This document shows, one piece after another, positions 44,101 to 58,285 of a DNA stretch of 64,000 nt (positions are counted from its first letter, which is position 1; each line of letters opens with the position of its first letter). Position numbers and translations under genes: made by a program. The stretch lies in assembly GCF_009914755.1 (NCBI RefSeq), contig NC_060928.1. The stretch is one strand, 5' to 3'. The notes under the pieces were generated by a model. That model was not told the origin of the DNA, did no database searches, and saw only the letters and a program-made list of their open reading frames with translations. This stretch comes from the human T2T-CHM13v2.0 reference genome, Homo sapiens.

Positions 44101-45983
44101 AATTTTCATAACTTTTTATAAGTTCTTCCCATAATTACATTAAAAACAATACTGCTATTTAACACAGTTGATAAGTTCATCTTTGGCTCATAAAAGCTGG
44201 GTGGTTGGAGTTCAGTATTCTATGAAGTGCATGCCATACTACTCCCACATTACTAGAATGAACAAGTGTAAAATTAAAGCCTTGCATAAGCTCTTGGAGT
44301 ATAAAAAGATTTAGAAACAAGAGGCTCAAATGATAATTATAAGAATACAAAACACTTCATTAATTGTATAGACATAATAAAATTAAGATATGATAAAATC
44401 TGGAAAATAATGATGGAAAAAGAATGAGAAATAGGTTTGCTTTTATCTCTTTAGTTTAACTGCAAATTAAAGAAGAAAATGAGAAATATACAAACGTGCA
44501 AAATGATTTTCATTCCTATTGTAATCACATGACATTTAGGATGCTGTCACAATAAGAATGTTGATGACTAGCTCCTTGCAGTTTAAGAAACATCATTAAA
44601 AAATACAGTATTATTTTTAATTTTCTTTTTTCTTTTTCATAATGAGAATATCAACTGTCGACCTTGCCCAAGAGCTTGAATTCCTATTAAAATGTTATCT
44701 GCCAATATTTCTATGGTGTAAATACCATGAAGCACCCATAAAGGTTGTTGTTTGGTTTAAGAGTAAATAATATTATTGACTAAAAAATATATAAATCCTA
44801 AAATACAAAAATTAGGTCAAAATATTGTTTTCACAATTCCATCAACATATTTGATTAACTACAAAAATTTAAATAAGCAATGTTATTAAGTGACAAAGAT
44901 TAAAATATTATTCTTTTGATTACTGAGTATTGAAAATCTTGGTAATGAACAGCAAATGCAAGGGTCTTAGTCCATTGGTGGCTACAGTCACAACTGTGCT
45001 ATCTCTAAACTGTGTTCTTATCTAAATGTTCACTTAAAAACATTAGAGTATATTTTGTGCATTAATATATTTCTGCATCCAGTGAGTTAGTAAGAAAGAA
45101 CGAGAAAGAAGCAAAGTATATGACTTTATGAAATGTTATAAACATTGGGGATACAACCTTAGCCTTGCCTACAAAGTATGTATCTATTCAGGCTTTTCAT
45201 CAACTTTGTTAGTTACATTGGATACACTGCTGAGGGTGTAATTTTAACTTACATTTGAAGTTCTGATTGCTACTGCTTGCTACATGCCTGGTAGTGCAAT
45301 TAAAATTGAAATTTCCCACATGTATATGAACAGTTTATCAAATTTTTTTCAAACCTAAGAAAATTTGATGTAATATATTCACGCATCATGAAGAAGAAAT
45401 GATCAAAGTGCTTATAACTCCCTACTCTCTGGCATATTGTCCTGAAAATTCCAGCTTCCAAAGCCTTCTGAACTTTAATTTCTTACTTTTAAACTCAGCA
45501 AAATTGCCACAATCTACTTCAGTTTTCATTCCCTACACCAATATCTAGAAATTGCCTCTATCCGAAAGACTGTAATATGCCTTCATGTGTTTGCCTTTAC
45601 TCAGGGATCACAGTCTTACGTGTGTGTTGAAAAATGTTTGAAAACAGTTGGTTCACATATTTTACAAATGTCAAAATTGGCTTTTTATGTGAAGAATAAT
45701 TCCAGTTCTCACTTTGGAAAGAAATAGAATAGTAAGAATAAAGCTTTTAGGTTAAAAATGTGATATAACTCAGTACAAGATTATAGACAGATTTAGATAG
45801 ATACCTGAAATCTCCATCTATCAATCTATTGAACTATCTATCTATAAATAAATCAGACCAGTGATTACTTTTGTACCTAGACATAATGGAAGAGATTGAA
45901 TATGTACATTTAGAACAAGATTCTTCAAAGGTGTATATAGTGTTTTCCTTCTTAACTGAATTTTAAGTGGATGGGTTTCACTA

Positions 45984-46330
45984 TAAAAGTTCCCTCTTAT
46001 CCATGGGCAGTATTTTCCAAGTCCCCTAGTGAATGCCTAAAACCATTAATAGTACTGAGCCCCATATATATATTATACTATGCTTTATTCAATATATATA
46101 CATACCTAGGATAAAGTTTAACTTATTTTTATTCTTTAAACTTTATAAATTAGGCTCAGGAAGAGATTAATAGTAACTAATAATAAAATAAAAGTTATAA
46201 CAATATACCATAATAAAAGTTATGAGAACATGGTACTCACCTATTTTTGGACCTAGGTTGACCATGGGTAACTGAAACTGCTGAAAGTAAAATCCAGGAT
46301 AGAAAAACCATGGATAAGGGGGAGCTACTA
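45984..46330 (-). mobile_element. MER44A-like MITE (TcMar-Tigger)
   Basis: TIRs cttatccatgg / ccatggataag, TA flanks, and internal aataataaaata...tactcacctatttttggacc. Confidence 0.88.
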
Positions 46331-46460
46331 TACATTTCTTTTCATTTCTTCCTATTTCATTGATTTCTTTTAACCCTGTGCCTTTATGCATGTTGCCTCT
46401 ACCTAAAACACACACCACTCCACTCTCCAGATCTGTTCAACTCATCAACAAAAATTATTG

Positions 46461-47487
46461 TAGGCATTCTCATTTCATTTTCCTCTGCTTTATTGTGTTT
46501 CACAGATATTGATAGAGGCAAGAGGCAGACAAATTCTAGACAGACATGGGTGGGTCCCCGGTGAAACCCCACCTTCAAGCCAAAAAAACAGAAACGTGTG
46601 GCCCAGTGAGAACTTCTATTCCTATTTGCTACTCCCAATTGCTTCTTTCTGAATAATGCCTTTTTTCCAAAAGAATGTCACCTTTTCCAAAACTACCCAT
46701 GTCCCACTCCACCCCCGATCTTGTGCCTATAAAGACTCCAGACTCAGTGGGTAGAAGGGAGAGATGGCTTGACTAGGGGAGAGATGGTTTGACTTCGGGG
46801 AAGAGACAACCCTGACTTCAGGGAAGGTGACCTACCCTTCCCATCCCCATTCCAACTCCTCTGTCCACTGAGAGTCATTTTCATAGCTCAGTAAGATTAT
46901 CCACCTTCACCATTGTTCAATTAGTCTGCACAACCTCATTCTTCTTGGACACCAGAAAAGAGTTCAGTACCTACCAAGTGCAGGTACCCAGAAAGTCTGT
47001 CAAACTGGCCCTTTGACCTAGCTGGTGGAGGACAGCCACCTCACACAATGAGGCAAGGGGTCAATTGAACTGCTAATATACAGCCATCTGCAGACAGCAG
47101 AGCTAAGAAAGCATTGTAACACTCTCTGGGACTTTGGGGTTGCAGCTCCACCAAGGCACCACCACAGGCTCCCCATGGAGCTTGCTCACATGCTCCCTCC
47201 CACAAAAGGTTGAGCACAGCTATCTGAGTAAACAGGGCACCCCTGTTACAAGTCCGATGAACGGGCTGAGAAAAATCCTGCATGAATACTCTATTATTTA
47301 GAAACTGAAGGTTTGTGGCAACACTGCGTTGTGCAACTCCAACAACACTATTTTTCCAACAGCATGTGCTCACTTCGTGTGCATGTTTCACATTATGGTA
47401 ATTCTCAAAATATTTCAAACTTCTTCTTATTATTAAATCTGTTATGTTGATCTGTGGTCAGTGATATTCGATGATGCTATTGTAATC
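46461..47487 (+). mobile_element. Second Tigger1 5' fragment, split by an LTR
   Basis: aggcattctcatttcatt...ctttattgtgtttcacagata, then after the LTR tgaaggtttgtggcaac...tttttccaacagcatgtgctcacttcgtgt. Confidence 0.85.
46510..47285 (+). mobile_element. ERV1 solo LTR (LTR27/LTR1/MER52 group)
   Basis: Starts tgatagaggcaagaggcagacaaattctag, has TATA-like cctataaa, ends aaaaatcctgcatga, with 4 bp flanks atat/atac. Confidence 0.8.
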
Positions 47488-48224
47488 ACTTCCTGCCGAA
47501 GAACATATGCAGACTGTTTTGTGTTACTAAAATGACACCTCAATTTCAATTTGAAAATACCTGTAGGAAGATTTTGCTGAAGCTCTAGACTAGAGCATGA
47601 CAAACTAGTAATATCTACCCATAGCATGTGTACTTCTCCTTTGTAGTAGTAATTATATTTATTAAACAAAAATATGCAGTCATTCATTTTATGTATATTT
47701 TCCCTGCTAGAATATAAGCTCATCTGTGTTGATTTTACCCAAATGTGTGTTTTTACTGGTAAAGAAATATTTACACATACTAATAGCTCAATACATTTTT
47801 ATTGAGTGGTAAAAAAATATAATGAAGCTATATAATGTTAACAGGATTGGACTTAAACCTAAAGTCTTTTTGCAAGTTGCAGATGGTTTTACCCAAGAAT
47901 CTGCTACAGGACATACAGACCAGCAGAGTCTCCTTTCTACTCCAAAAATTAGAGATCTTCTTAGAATGGTAGATGGAATGATTCAGGGTCCTAAATTGTC
48001 TCAAAATAATACAGTTTTTGAAGTAGTAGGTGAGAGACATAAAAACTTAGCAGCAACTAAAGACAGATAAGTTATAATGCTACTACAAAAATGTACCTCA
48101 AATATTTTAAATATATAGAGAATAAAAATTATTTGAAAAAAATTTGAGAAAAAGCCAATCTTGTATGAATTTAAACTTCATACAAGTTCAAGATATATAT
48201 AAAACATATATCAGCATTTACATC

Positions 48225-48350
48225 TTAGCATATTACATAAGATATATATTACATATTAACATATTACATAAGCTATACATTACATATTAGCATATTACAT
48301 AAGATATATATTAGCATCTTGCATTTCATACAAGATAAGATATATATTAG
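48225..48350. repeat. 31 bp minisatellite (about 3 copies plus degenerate edges)
   Basis: Unit ttagcatattacataagatatatattacata. Confidence 0.85.
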
Positions 48351-49304
48351 CCTTTTCTATGTCCATGAAAATTTTTGAGTGAAAAGTATTATTCTTATTT
48401 CTGGGAAAAGCTAGAATAGAGCTGAAGGCTAAAGTTTTGTTGTTTCTCTACATTCTTCATTCCCTAAGAGAATCATGCTGACTGTGAGAAAAAAGAATAT
48501 ACATATACTTTCAAGAAACATCACAAACAATAAATCAGACATGTCTTATCATTAAATGATCTATAACTTAGTCTAAAGGGAGGGAAGATAAAATGTCAGC
48601 ACGTATCTCAGTATGTCTGTGGGTGAGCAGAATTGGAAATTTTAGATACTAGAATATTAAAGTCTAATTGCCAATTTACTTAAATTACTTCATTCATAAT
48701 TCTTGGTGCATTTATTTTCCAGAATCATCACTTTTAATTGTAATAGATTTGTTATTGTTCCTTCATCAAAGATCAAATTTCAATGCCATAATATGAAAGA
48801 GACAGACAAAAAATTCTCTATTACTTTCCTTAAATACAATGCATCATGAATCATTTCTGTTTGTGGAACAGTAAAAGTTCAAACACTCAGAGAATATATT
48901 GCAAAATCCATAATAAAAAGGTAAAGGTGTGCAGTGACATGAGATATTAACATATATAATCTTAACATGACTGAATCTTTAATGAAGGGTTCTCACAAAC
49001 CACTGTCTATGATATTTATAATATAAAAGAGATCTAACATGCACTGCAATTGATCATGCATAGCTAGAGTTTATTTTAGTTACTTCCTCAACAATATAAT
49101 GTGATTCTCCATTTAGCCATAATTTCCTTCTAAATCCCTGCATATGAACAACCTCACTTAAAATATTAGGGGAAGGACAGAAAATATGTATTATCTCTAA
49201 TAAAAATAATAAATTAAACGTGATGGCTTTCTTTAAATTTAGCAAACATTGTGTACTAAATCATTTGGGTAAAATGTTTAAGTTTACAATGGTACAATGG
49301 AGAC

Positions 49305-49468
49305 CTTTTTTTTCTTTGGGGACACAGGCTTGCTCTCTTGCCCACGCTGGAGTGCAGTGGTGCGATCTTGGCTCACTGCATCTCCGCCTCCCGGGTTCAA
49401 GCAATTCTCCTGCCTCAGCCTCCCAAGTAGCTGGGACTCCAGGCACACACCACTATGCCCGGCTAATT
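49305..49468 (-). mobile_element. Alu right arm (5'-truncated)
   Basis: Right monomer with degenerate TSD tggagacctttt / tggaaccctttt. Confidence 0.9.
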
Positions 49469-50384
49469 TGGAACCCTTTTAACATAGTTTAATTAAGTTA
49501 AATCTCATATCTAAATACTTTGCCATAAGCACACTAATACTTTGTGTTTCCCTAGAGACCAACTTGTGATCCATTACAGTTACTCTAAATGTTTCCCGTT
49601 TTTATATATCCCTATATTTACACCTTTGCAGATTATAATATAAATTTTTAATAAATTTGTAGGATAATATTTCTGAATAAAGCACTGTCATATTTCAAAA
49701 GCACTGATGCACATCATTGATGTGAGTTCACAGATAACTCTGCCAATATTCCTAATCCCATTTTCTTGTAATTAAAAAAAAATTATTGTAATTTTATTGC
49801 CTTCCAATTCTTTGAAAAAAATATTTGTAAATATTTGCAGTGATTCAATGGAACTCTTATATCTGGATTTCAACAGGTATTACTAACTCCAACTCCTCAC
49901 TTGGGAATAAACTTTCTGCCTGTTGCATCCTAATGATACTACGTACCTTCTCAGGAATATCTCTCTCTATTTCTCTCCCTCTCTTTTTCTCTTATCATCC
50001 TCCCTCCATTTTTTCCTCCTTTACTATCCTTTCTGTCTCTTTCTCTCTCATCTAGTCAACTTACTCTTATTACTGGATTCATTCCATCAGTATTAATATG
50101 TTCAAACTGTAACTGAAAAACTTTTAAAAGAAAACTCAACACTGATTCTTTCATTAATCACTTTTCCCTCTCCCTTCATGGCTGAAATTTTGGAAAGATT
50201 CATCTTTGTTTGCTCAATTTTTATTTTCTCCTCATATCATTCAGTTCTCTGGTTAATCAAGTGTTTTCATTAAACTAGTTCTCATTATTATTAAAACCAC
50301 CACCAAAATACATAACAGGTATTACTTCCATGCTTATCTCATTTGACTTTATTATTGTTAACTATATATTACGTAATAATAAGT

Positions 50385-50915
50385 ATTATTATGTTTACTT
50401 TTTAGGTTTAGGGATACATATGCAGGTTTGTTATACAGGCAAATCGTATGCCACAAGGGTTTGGTGTTCACATTATTTCATCACCCGAGTAATAAGCAGA
50501 GTACCCGACAGGTAGTTTTTGTCCCTCGTCACACTCTCCACCTCTCAAGTAGGCCATACAGTCTGTTGTTCCCTTTTCTGTGTTCATATGTTCTCAATGT
50601 TTAGCTTCCACTTATACTCAACAACGCAATTGCTAGGTCGAATGTTAATTCTGTCCTAAGTTCTTTGAGTACTTAGGTTCTCACACTGCTTTCCACAATG
50701 GCTGAACTAATTTACATCCCCACTAGCAGTTTATAAGCATTCCCTTTTCTCAGCAACTTCCCTAGCAACTGCTATTTCTTTAATTAATAACAGCCATTCT
50801 GACTGGTGTGAGATAGTATCTTCATTGTGGTATTAATTTGCATCTCTCTAATGATTATTGATGTTGAGCATTCTTCACATGTTTTTTGGCTGTATGTATG
50901 TCTCCTTTTGAAAAT
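50385..50915 (-). mobile_element. Old L1PA (PA13-16-like) 3' end with an internal deletion
   Basis: gggatacatatgcaggtttgttata...ttatttcatcaccc...tcaatgtttagcttccacttata joins directly to upstream ORF2 sequence. Confidence 0.85.
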
Positions 50916-51095
50916 ATAGTTAAATTATTTAAATGTATGTTTCAAAGAATAGTAAAACTCCAAGAGCTCAACCTTCATGACTTGATAAATGCTTTCATCA
51001 TCCATTCACTAATCTTTAACACCACCCTTTTTGTAAAATGTGTATATCCAACTCTTAATTAAATTCTATTGGTTTGATCTCACACCTATCATCTT

Positions 51096-51950
51096 CAAAA
51101 CCGCATAGCTACATGGAAACTGAACAACCTGCTCCTGAATGACTACTGGGTAAATAACGAAATGAAGGCAGAAATAAAGATGTTCTTTGAAACCAACAAG
51201 AACAATGACACAATGTACCAGAATCTCTGGGACACATTTAAAGCAGTGTGTAGAGTGTGTATTGCACTAAATGCCCACAAGAGAAAGCAGGAAAGATCTA
51301 AAATCGACACCCTAACATCACATTTAAAAGAACTAGAGAAGCAAGAGCAAACACATTCAAAAGCTAGCAGAAGGCAAGAAATAACTAAGATCAGAGCAGA
51401 ACTGAAGGAGATAGAGACGCAAAAAACCCTTCAAAAATGCAATGAATCCAGGGGCTGGTTTTTTGAAAAGATCAACAAAATAGCTAGACCGCTTAGCCAG
51501 ACTAACAAAGAAGAAAAGAGAGAAGAATCAAATAGATGCAATAAAAAATGATAAAGGGGATATCACCACCAATCCCACAGAAACACAAACTGCGATCAGA
51601 GAATACTATAAACACCTCTACGCAAATAAACTAGAAAATCTAGAAGAAATGGGTAAGTTCCTGGACACATACACCCTCCCAAGACTAAACCAGGAAGTCG
51701 AATCCCTGAATAGACCAATAACAAATTCTGAAATTGAGGCAGCAATTAATAGCCTATCAACCAAAAAAAGTCCAGGACCAGACGGATTCACAACCGATCT
51801 CTACCAGAGGTACAAAGAGGAGATGTTACCATTCCTTCTGAAACCATTCCAAACAGTAGAAAAAGAGGGAATCCTCTCTAATTCATTTTATGAGGCCCAC
51901 ATCATCCTAATACCAAAACCTGGCAGAGACACAACAAAAAAAGAAAATTT
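51096..51950 (+). mobile_element. L1PA ORF2 internal fragment, truncated at both ends
   Basis: ORFs [12 protein letters not shown]...[11 protein letters not shown] and [13 protein letters not shown]...[10 protein letters not shown]...[16 protein letters not shown]. No 3'UTR, poly(A) or TSD. Confidence 0.95.
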
Positions 51951-53744
51951 GATCTGCAGTAGCTTCAATGTTGGTTAACTCAGATTTGAAATTGCTCAAT
52001 TAAAACACATTTTCTCTGTAAGTCAAATTATTTTTCCACTAGGCAAAAATGTAAATTTTACTCTCAAGCAAAAATCAAAAACCTATTCCACTGTTTCAAA
52101 TGTGGTAATAAAAAATAATAAAGTTATTTTATATTTATTTATAATATTACTTTATTGATGTCCGTACTGATAGCATAAAACTCATTAAAGGCAGAGCTCA
52201 AATAATTTTTGACCCTTTTTTGTCAGAAACTATCAGAAACGAATTAAACATTTGTTGAAATAATAAATCACATTTTCTCCCTATAAATTGAATTAAAATT
52301 GTTTCTTTTCCTATCTAATTGTTTCTTTACACAAGTATAACTGTTACATTTGGCTAAGAGAGTGATATAGACCGGTATATATATTATCTACATGTTTCAT
52401 CTTGCCAAATGAAACAACAGTAAGTATTATATATATATGATTTCTAAATCATATAATCAGTAGTAACTCATTAAGGCTAAGTGATCAATTTGAACTATTT
52501 ACCATTCATTCATTTTTTAAACATAAATAAGCAAAATAAGCGTAAATTAAATTTATGATTCTGATAGAATGGAGACTATTTTGTGTTTCTCTATGTGGGA
52601 AATATTATTGATAGTCCAAAATAGTACAATGTTTCTATTTATTTTACACTTAAAGCATTAACAAAAAAGTTTTAATTAGTAATAAATTATTGACAGCTTT
52701 AATAAAATTTCATTAAAATAATCTTATAGTTATTTGAAAATGACTATAAAGCATATGGAAAATATTAGAACTTATACCTGTAATATTAGCTCATCAAATA
52801 TTTTCCAGAACCCTATGAGGATTATTCAAAGTATTTTCTCAATTTTACTGAAAAAGCCTTTGATAATCTCTAGGTTTTCTTGGTTTTGTTTCAAAGTAAT
52901 GACAACTACATTTTAAGCAACAATTCTATCCTGCTGTGTAAGCAAACAAACATTTTATGTACTATTATACTATCCTCTCTCTCTCCCCTTTTGGAGGTTA
53001 TCTGATTCTTTGTATTAAGGTTTACTTAAAATTATATAAAAATAAATGAATAGCAAATTAGAATGTTATGAGTGCAAATGTAGGGCTTGGTAAAAATTCA
53101 TTCTACATAATTTAAATAAAATTTCAGTAAGTCCATGCCATGCAATACCAATACAATCCCTGAGTAGTGAAATATTCACAAATTCGATTACATATTCTAT
53201 ATGCATATAACCCAGTAAATACATAGATATTCTTTCCTTATGAAAATGTTTAGGAAATTTTTTTGACAATATGTGGTTTATTTAAAATCTAGCATGTCAG
53301 TAAAACGTTTCACTGGTTTCTAAAATAACTGATTAATAGCTGATCACGTATAGTTAAGTCATTGTACTTTTTAAAAATCACAAATATTTTTTCTGTGGTA
53401 AGGTTTTGGATTAGTTGTTGCTGGCATCTGAGTATTTGCCTTGCCATTTCATTAGTGCCCTTTCAAACATTATAAAAAGAAAACACATAGTGATGTTAGA
53501 GTTAATACTAACAAATACTATACAAATGTTGCATTGCAAATCAATTTTAGAAGCACTGCAGGACATGGGACTCCATTCTATTCTAAAATTATTTAAAAGA
53601 TCATGGATAAGAATGTGAAAGCAAACATGTTGTCAACATGTACAGGTATGAAATGACAGTACTGAATTATTTATATTGGAATTTCTTATTTTTTAATAAA
53701 GCAATTCCTTATCTCATCTTCCATGTTTTCCTCTGAAAATCTCT

Positions 53745-53787
53745 CCTTCTTTCTCTCTCTCTTTCGTGCTCTCTCTCTCTCTCTCTC
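53745..53787. repeat. (CT)n microsatellite
   Basis: ttctctctctctttcgtgctctctctctctctctctc. Confidence 0.9.
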
Positions 53788-55289
53788 ATTAATTTTGTTA
53801 TTGCTAGCAAAATACTAGCCACTCTGGCAACACTCCTATTTATACCTAATATAACTATAAATTTCTGCAGTTTCACATTCTGTCTAGCAGATTATGTTAC
53901 CATTAAAAGAAACAGTAAGAATAGAAACCAGAATCATTGCTAACATGGAAGTCCAAATGAGAAAATAATCATTCAACTGGCAACTAGAGCAATCTGGAAG
54001 CAGTGTGCCTTTGAGTTTTACTAGAAATTCATTGTTGTGTTAGGCATACAGACTATAATGCCAAGATTTGATTACACTTAGAAAAATGGTTAATTTCATA
54101 TACCTATCTATAAATTATTCTAAGCTTCTGCCTACAATAATTAGCCTTAAAAATAATATATTAAATATTAACAGATAAATCTATGTATCTTATGATAATA
54201 GGCTACTGACTAAATTATTTTTCAACAATTAATGTTTATATAATTAAATAATTAGAATTTTGTTACTTAAAGAACTTTACATTTAATATTTAATAACAGA
54301 AGAAGACTATCTTCATCTTTATTCTCTCTTTCTTCTATATAAAATGTGAGGTAACAAATTGACCCTAATTTTAATCCAGTTTCAGAGAAAATATAATGTT
54401 AAATTTGCGGGAAAAATTTCAAAAATGACCGTTAGTAAAAAAAAATGAATATTTCTATATTATGAAATATAACTGAAGCTCAATTATTCTTACAATGTGT
54501 AAGTCTCCTCTTACTACATTTACATTTGACTGGCTTATAATTGAAATTTTTTTGTGCCAGAGAGTGGTTAAGTTAATCTTTATGTCTGATCTGTATTTTG
54601 AAACTACACATTTCTGATCATAGTATGAAGACCAATTTTAACAACTTACTGCAGGGCTAAGAAAATAAAAGAGCATTTGTAGAAAATTACACAAGAATTA
54701 GGTCAATTTTTGCAGTATAAGTGTCAGAACTGAAAAATATTATAATTAATGTAGTATTCTCCATTGATATGACCTTTAGAAAGCAATTTTTTAAGTGTTT
54801 AAAATAAATAATGGGTCTTTCTCCTTCTCACCTATTTTATTGTGGTGCTTTTGCTGAATAACAAATCAATTTGTATTGTAAGGACCACTTAAGACTGTAC
54901 GGAGTATGCATTTTATTCATTTCTATTTGAGCTGCCCATCAATTACACTAGGTATTCTCTTAGCTGAGGTGTAGTTGCTTTATTAAAGTTAGAATGAATA
55001 AATGTAGTAGAAAAATAGAAATAAAGTATGTGTAATTATTGTATGTCAGTAAAATATGGAATGATGAAAGAACAGTCTTTGGTGCCTAAACAGCTAATAA
55101 TTTGTATCTAAGTAATAACATATAGGAAGCTGTTAAATTTAAAAATTAACCACTTAGTTACATACACAATAACATTATGATTGATACTTTTCCATTTTAT
55201 AAATGGAAAAGGCATATTTCTTGTAACTTAAATAATGGAGAAGGGAAATTTTTTACAATGAGAATGAAATTTCATATGAATAACAAATT

Positions 55290-56080
55290 TTTCCAACCAA
55301 AGATATGTTTAATTTACAATCCCTACAACTGGTAAACATAATCTTATTGGAAAATATGGTATCTGCAAATCCAATCGAGTTAAGACAAGGACATTAGGGT
55401 GTGCCCAAATCCAATATGACCTGTGTTCTTATAAGAAAAATTCTATCTGAAGACAAAGAAACACAAAGTGAACTTTTTGTGAAAACAGAAGCAGAGACTG
55501 GAGTAAGGATTCCAAAAGCCAAAAACCCCAGATTGCCAGCCATTACCAGAAGATAGGAGAAAGGCATTAAGGCATTTTTGTTAGTCTGTTCTCACACTGC
55601 TATAAAGAACTGCCCAAGACTGGGTAATTTATAAAGAAAAGAAGTTTAACTGACTCACAGTTCCATATGGCTGAAGAAGCCTTAGGAAACTTAAAATCAG
55701 GGCGGAAGGGGAAGCGGCACATCTCATATGGTGGCAGGCAAGGGAGAGCAACAGCAGGAAAAATTACCTTATAAAAGTATCAGATCTTGTGAGAACTCAC
55801 TCACTATCATGAGAACAGCATGAGGAAAACTGGCCCCATGACCCAATCACCTCCCACTGAGTCCTTCCCTTGGCACATGGAGATTATAGGGGTTACAATT
55901 CAAGATGAGATTTGGGTGGCGACATATCCCAATCATATCAGCATTGAACAGACACTTCTGAAAAAGTCAACACTACCTAAGGACTTCTAGCCTCCAGAAC
56001 TGTGAGGGAATACATTTCTGTTGTTTTAAGCTGCACATTTTGAAATAGCTTTTTATGACTGCCCTAGGAAACTAGTATTA
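55290..56080 (+). mobile_element. MLT1C-like LTR split by THE1
   Basis: aatccaatatgac...gaagcagagactggag, then after THE1 gcctccagaactgtgag...gccctaggaaacta. Confidence 0.85.
55577..55940 (-). mobile_element. THE1C/D solo LTR
   Basis: ttagtctgttctcacactgctataaag...caattcaagatgagatttgggtgg...catatca, with TSD gcatt at 55572-55576 and 55941-55945. Confidence 0.92.
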
Positions 56081-56960
56081 CCTATAGGTTCTAGATATTC
56101 AAGGCTCTGGCCATTTTATCCTGCCTTCTGCATTGAATTGTCCTTATATAAACTACGTTTTCCTGAATAATACATGAAACGTGACATTAACATTTCAGGT
56201 GTAATTTCGACTGAGATTTTACTAGACTCTAGACCATAACAAATGTGAACATTCCAATATAGACCGGACTCTACCATTTCCCTGTTCTGCTTTATACCAT
56301 CATTTCTAATTGTTCTTTCTAGCATAATTTTGACCTGCAGGCAAGGTCATTATGAGAAAACTCCATGCAAGCCTTGTTTGTATTCTCCGTGTACACATAT
56401 TAAAAGGCTTCTACTTTCCCTTCTACATCCTCACATACATCCCTTGAGGCTGCAGAAGACAAGTTTTGTGAAGTGATTGCCTTAACTGCCCACCTTTAAT
56501 GTCTTTACAGAAGAAACCTAAAAGGCTTGTCCAAGTCTTTAGATTTTTATAAATCTAGTTCTTGCCTTGCAATTGTTAGGTATCCTGATCAAAATCAATC
56601 TTCCAAGCCCCACATCAATTGTTTTAATTAGCATCAGAATTCATCTCTTCTTTAAATCATGAATTTCTAGAAGTCAATGACTCTCAGTTATTGGTTTTAC
56701 AAATCTCAAGGTGGTTTTCACTTGGTAAATATTCAGTGTTCCTTCGATTGAATGACAGGCTCCTCTATCATTACTTCCTGTTTCTGACTCCAAATGATTG
56801 ATTAATCTTAATTTATAATGCTTATTTCCTTATTTAATTTGTTAACCCTTACATTTATTAATGCATGTTAAACAGTGAATATAATACAAATATTTATTAA
56901 AAGATGTGAATTTTAGAGTAAACACTTATGTATCCAGCATAGCCGTTGTGACGAAGAACA

Positions 56961-57222
56961 GGTGGGCTGTGGTTGCTCACACCAGCACTTTAGGACGTCA
57001 GGGAGAGAGAGTCACTTGAGGCCAAGAGTTTCCTACCAGGCTGGGCAACATAATGAGACCGTGTACCTACAAAAAATAAAAATAAAAATAAAAAAAGTAG
57101 CTAGGCATGGTGGCATGGCCTGTGGTCCCAGCTACTTGTGGGGCTGAGGTGAAGGACCACGAGCCCAGAAGTTCAAGGCTACAGTGAACTGTGGGTGACA
57201 AAATGAGACTTTGTCTCTAAAT
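56961..57222 (+). mobile_element. Degenerate AluJ
   Basis: cttgaggccaagagtt...ctgggcaacataatgagacc and gttcaaggctacagtga. Confidence 0.85.
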
Positions 57223-57447
57223 GAATATATAAAGGTTCCTTGGGAAAAAAGTTAAAAAGAATAATACTACCTCGGGAGATTGCTTGTTTGTCCTTACTTT
57301 GTCTCAACTCAGTTTTTCCTACTAGAGGAAATCATACTTTCCATGTTATGTCTGCCATTCTCCAGCTTCCCGTAGTTTTCTAAGTACGTACCTGTGTCCC
57401 TGAACAAATACTTATCTGTGTCTGGATGTTTTTAAACTTTATATTAA

Positions 57448-57956
57448 TATTCCATGGCAACCTTAGCAAAATAGCTGGAAAAGCTTCCTGTTTTCTTAAA
57501 CTTTCCTTAGTCTCTTTATCTATAGGTACTATTGCTTGAAGAACTCCAGATGGTCCAGTGATCCTTTGCCAAACACAGAAGGAAGATGAGACCTGCACCA
57601 GATGGGTGCAAACCAGAACCGGCTACCCTAGTTACCTTTAGATTGTTCACATATCATTATAGTGTTAGAATCCCCTCCCCAAAGGAAAATTGCTGCCTTG
57701 CGATCTATGAAGTACGTTTGGGGACTGCACCTGCGTGTTTGTAACTCCATTTTGTGCATGCTTACACACCTCCCTCAACTCACGTCTAGTTCTTTAAAAT
57801 CCCCTTGCTTCCAATCACTGAGGGAGAAGGTATCTTTAGAGTGAGACCTCCCTTTTCCTGTTCCCTGGCCAGTGAATAAAACCTGATTGCTTTAATTGCG
57901 TGTTCTTTCTTTGAGACCAATATAATGTAGACAGAGAACTCAGTTTACTGGCGACA
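57448..57956 (+). mobile_element. ERV1-type solo LTR (family not resolved)
   Basis: About 510 bp GC-richer insert with tttaaaa box, aataaa and CA end, flanked by ttaa on both sides. Confidence 0.65.
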
Positions 57957-58084
57957 TTAATACTAGAGACTACAAGAATACACTGTGTGTATTCTTTTGC
58001 AACTTGCTTATTCGACTTAACATTGTGCTCCTGAAATTCACCTATGTTTTTTGTAAATAACTGTAATGTATTCTTTTTTCATTT

Positions 58085-58285
58085 TTAAATATTTCACATT
58101 GACAGATAACATGATATGTATGTATCATGTAAACAGGATGTTTTAATGTATATATAAATACATTGTGGAATGCTTACATCTAATTAACTAACAAATACAT
58201 TACCACACATAGTTATTATTGCAGTGAGAGCACTTAACATCTACTCTCTTTGCATTGTCAAGAATACAATATGTTCTTAATTATT
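58085..58285 (-). mobile_element. L1MA 3' end fragment
   Basis: ttgacagataa...atacattgtggaatg...cattaccacacatagttat...gtgagagcacttaacatctactctctt. Confidence 0.8.

Noticed and set aside
54515-54540. tacatttgactggctt resembles the Y4 RNA 3' end
   Set aside because: Only about 15 nt match, with no 5' ggctggtccg stem, tail or TSD.
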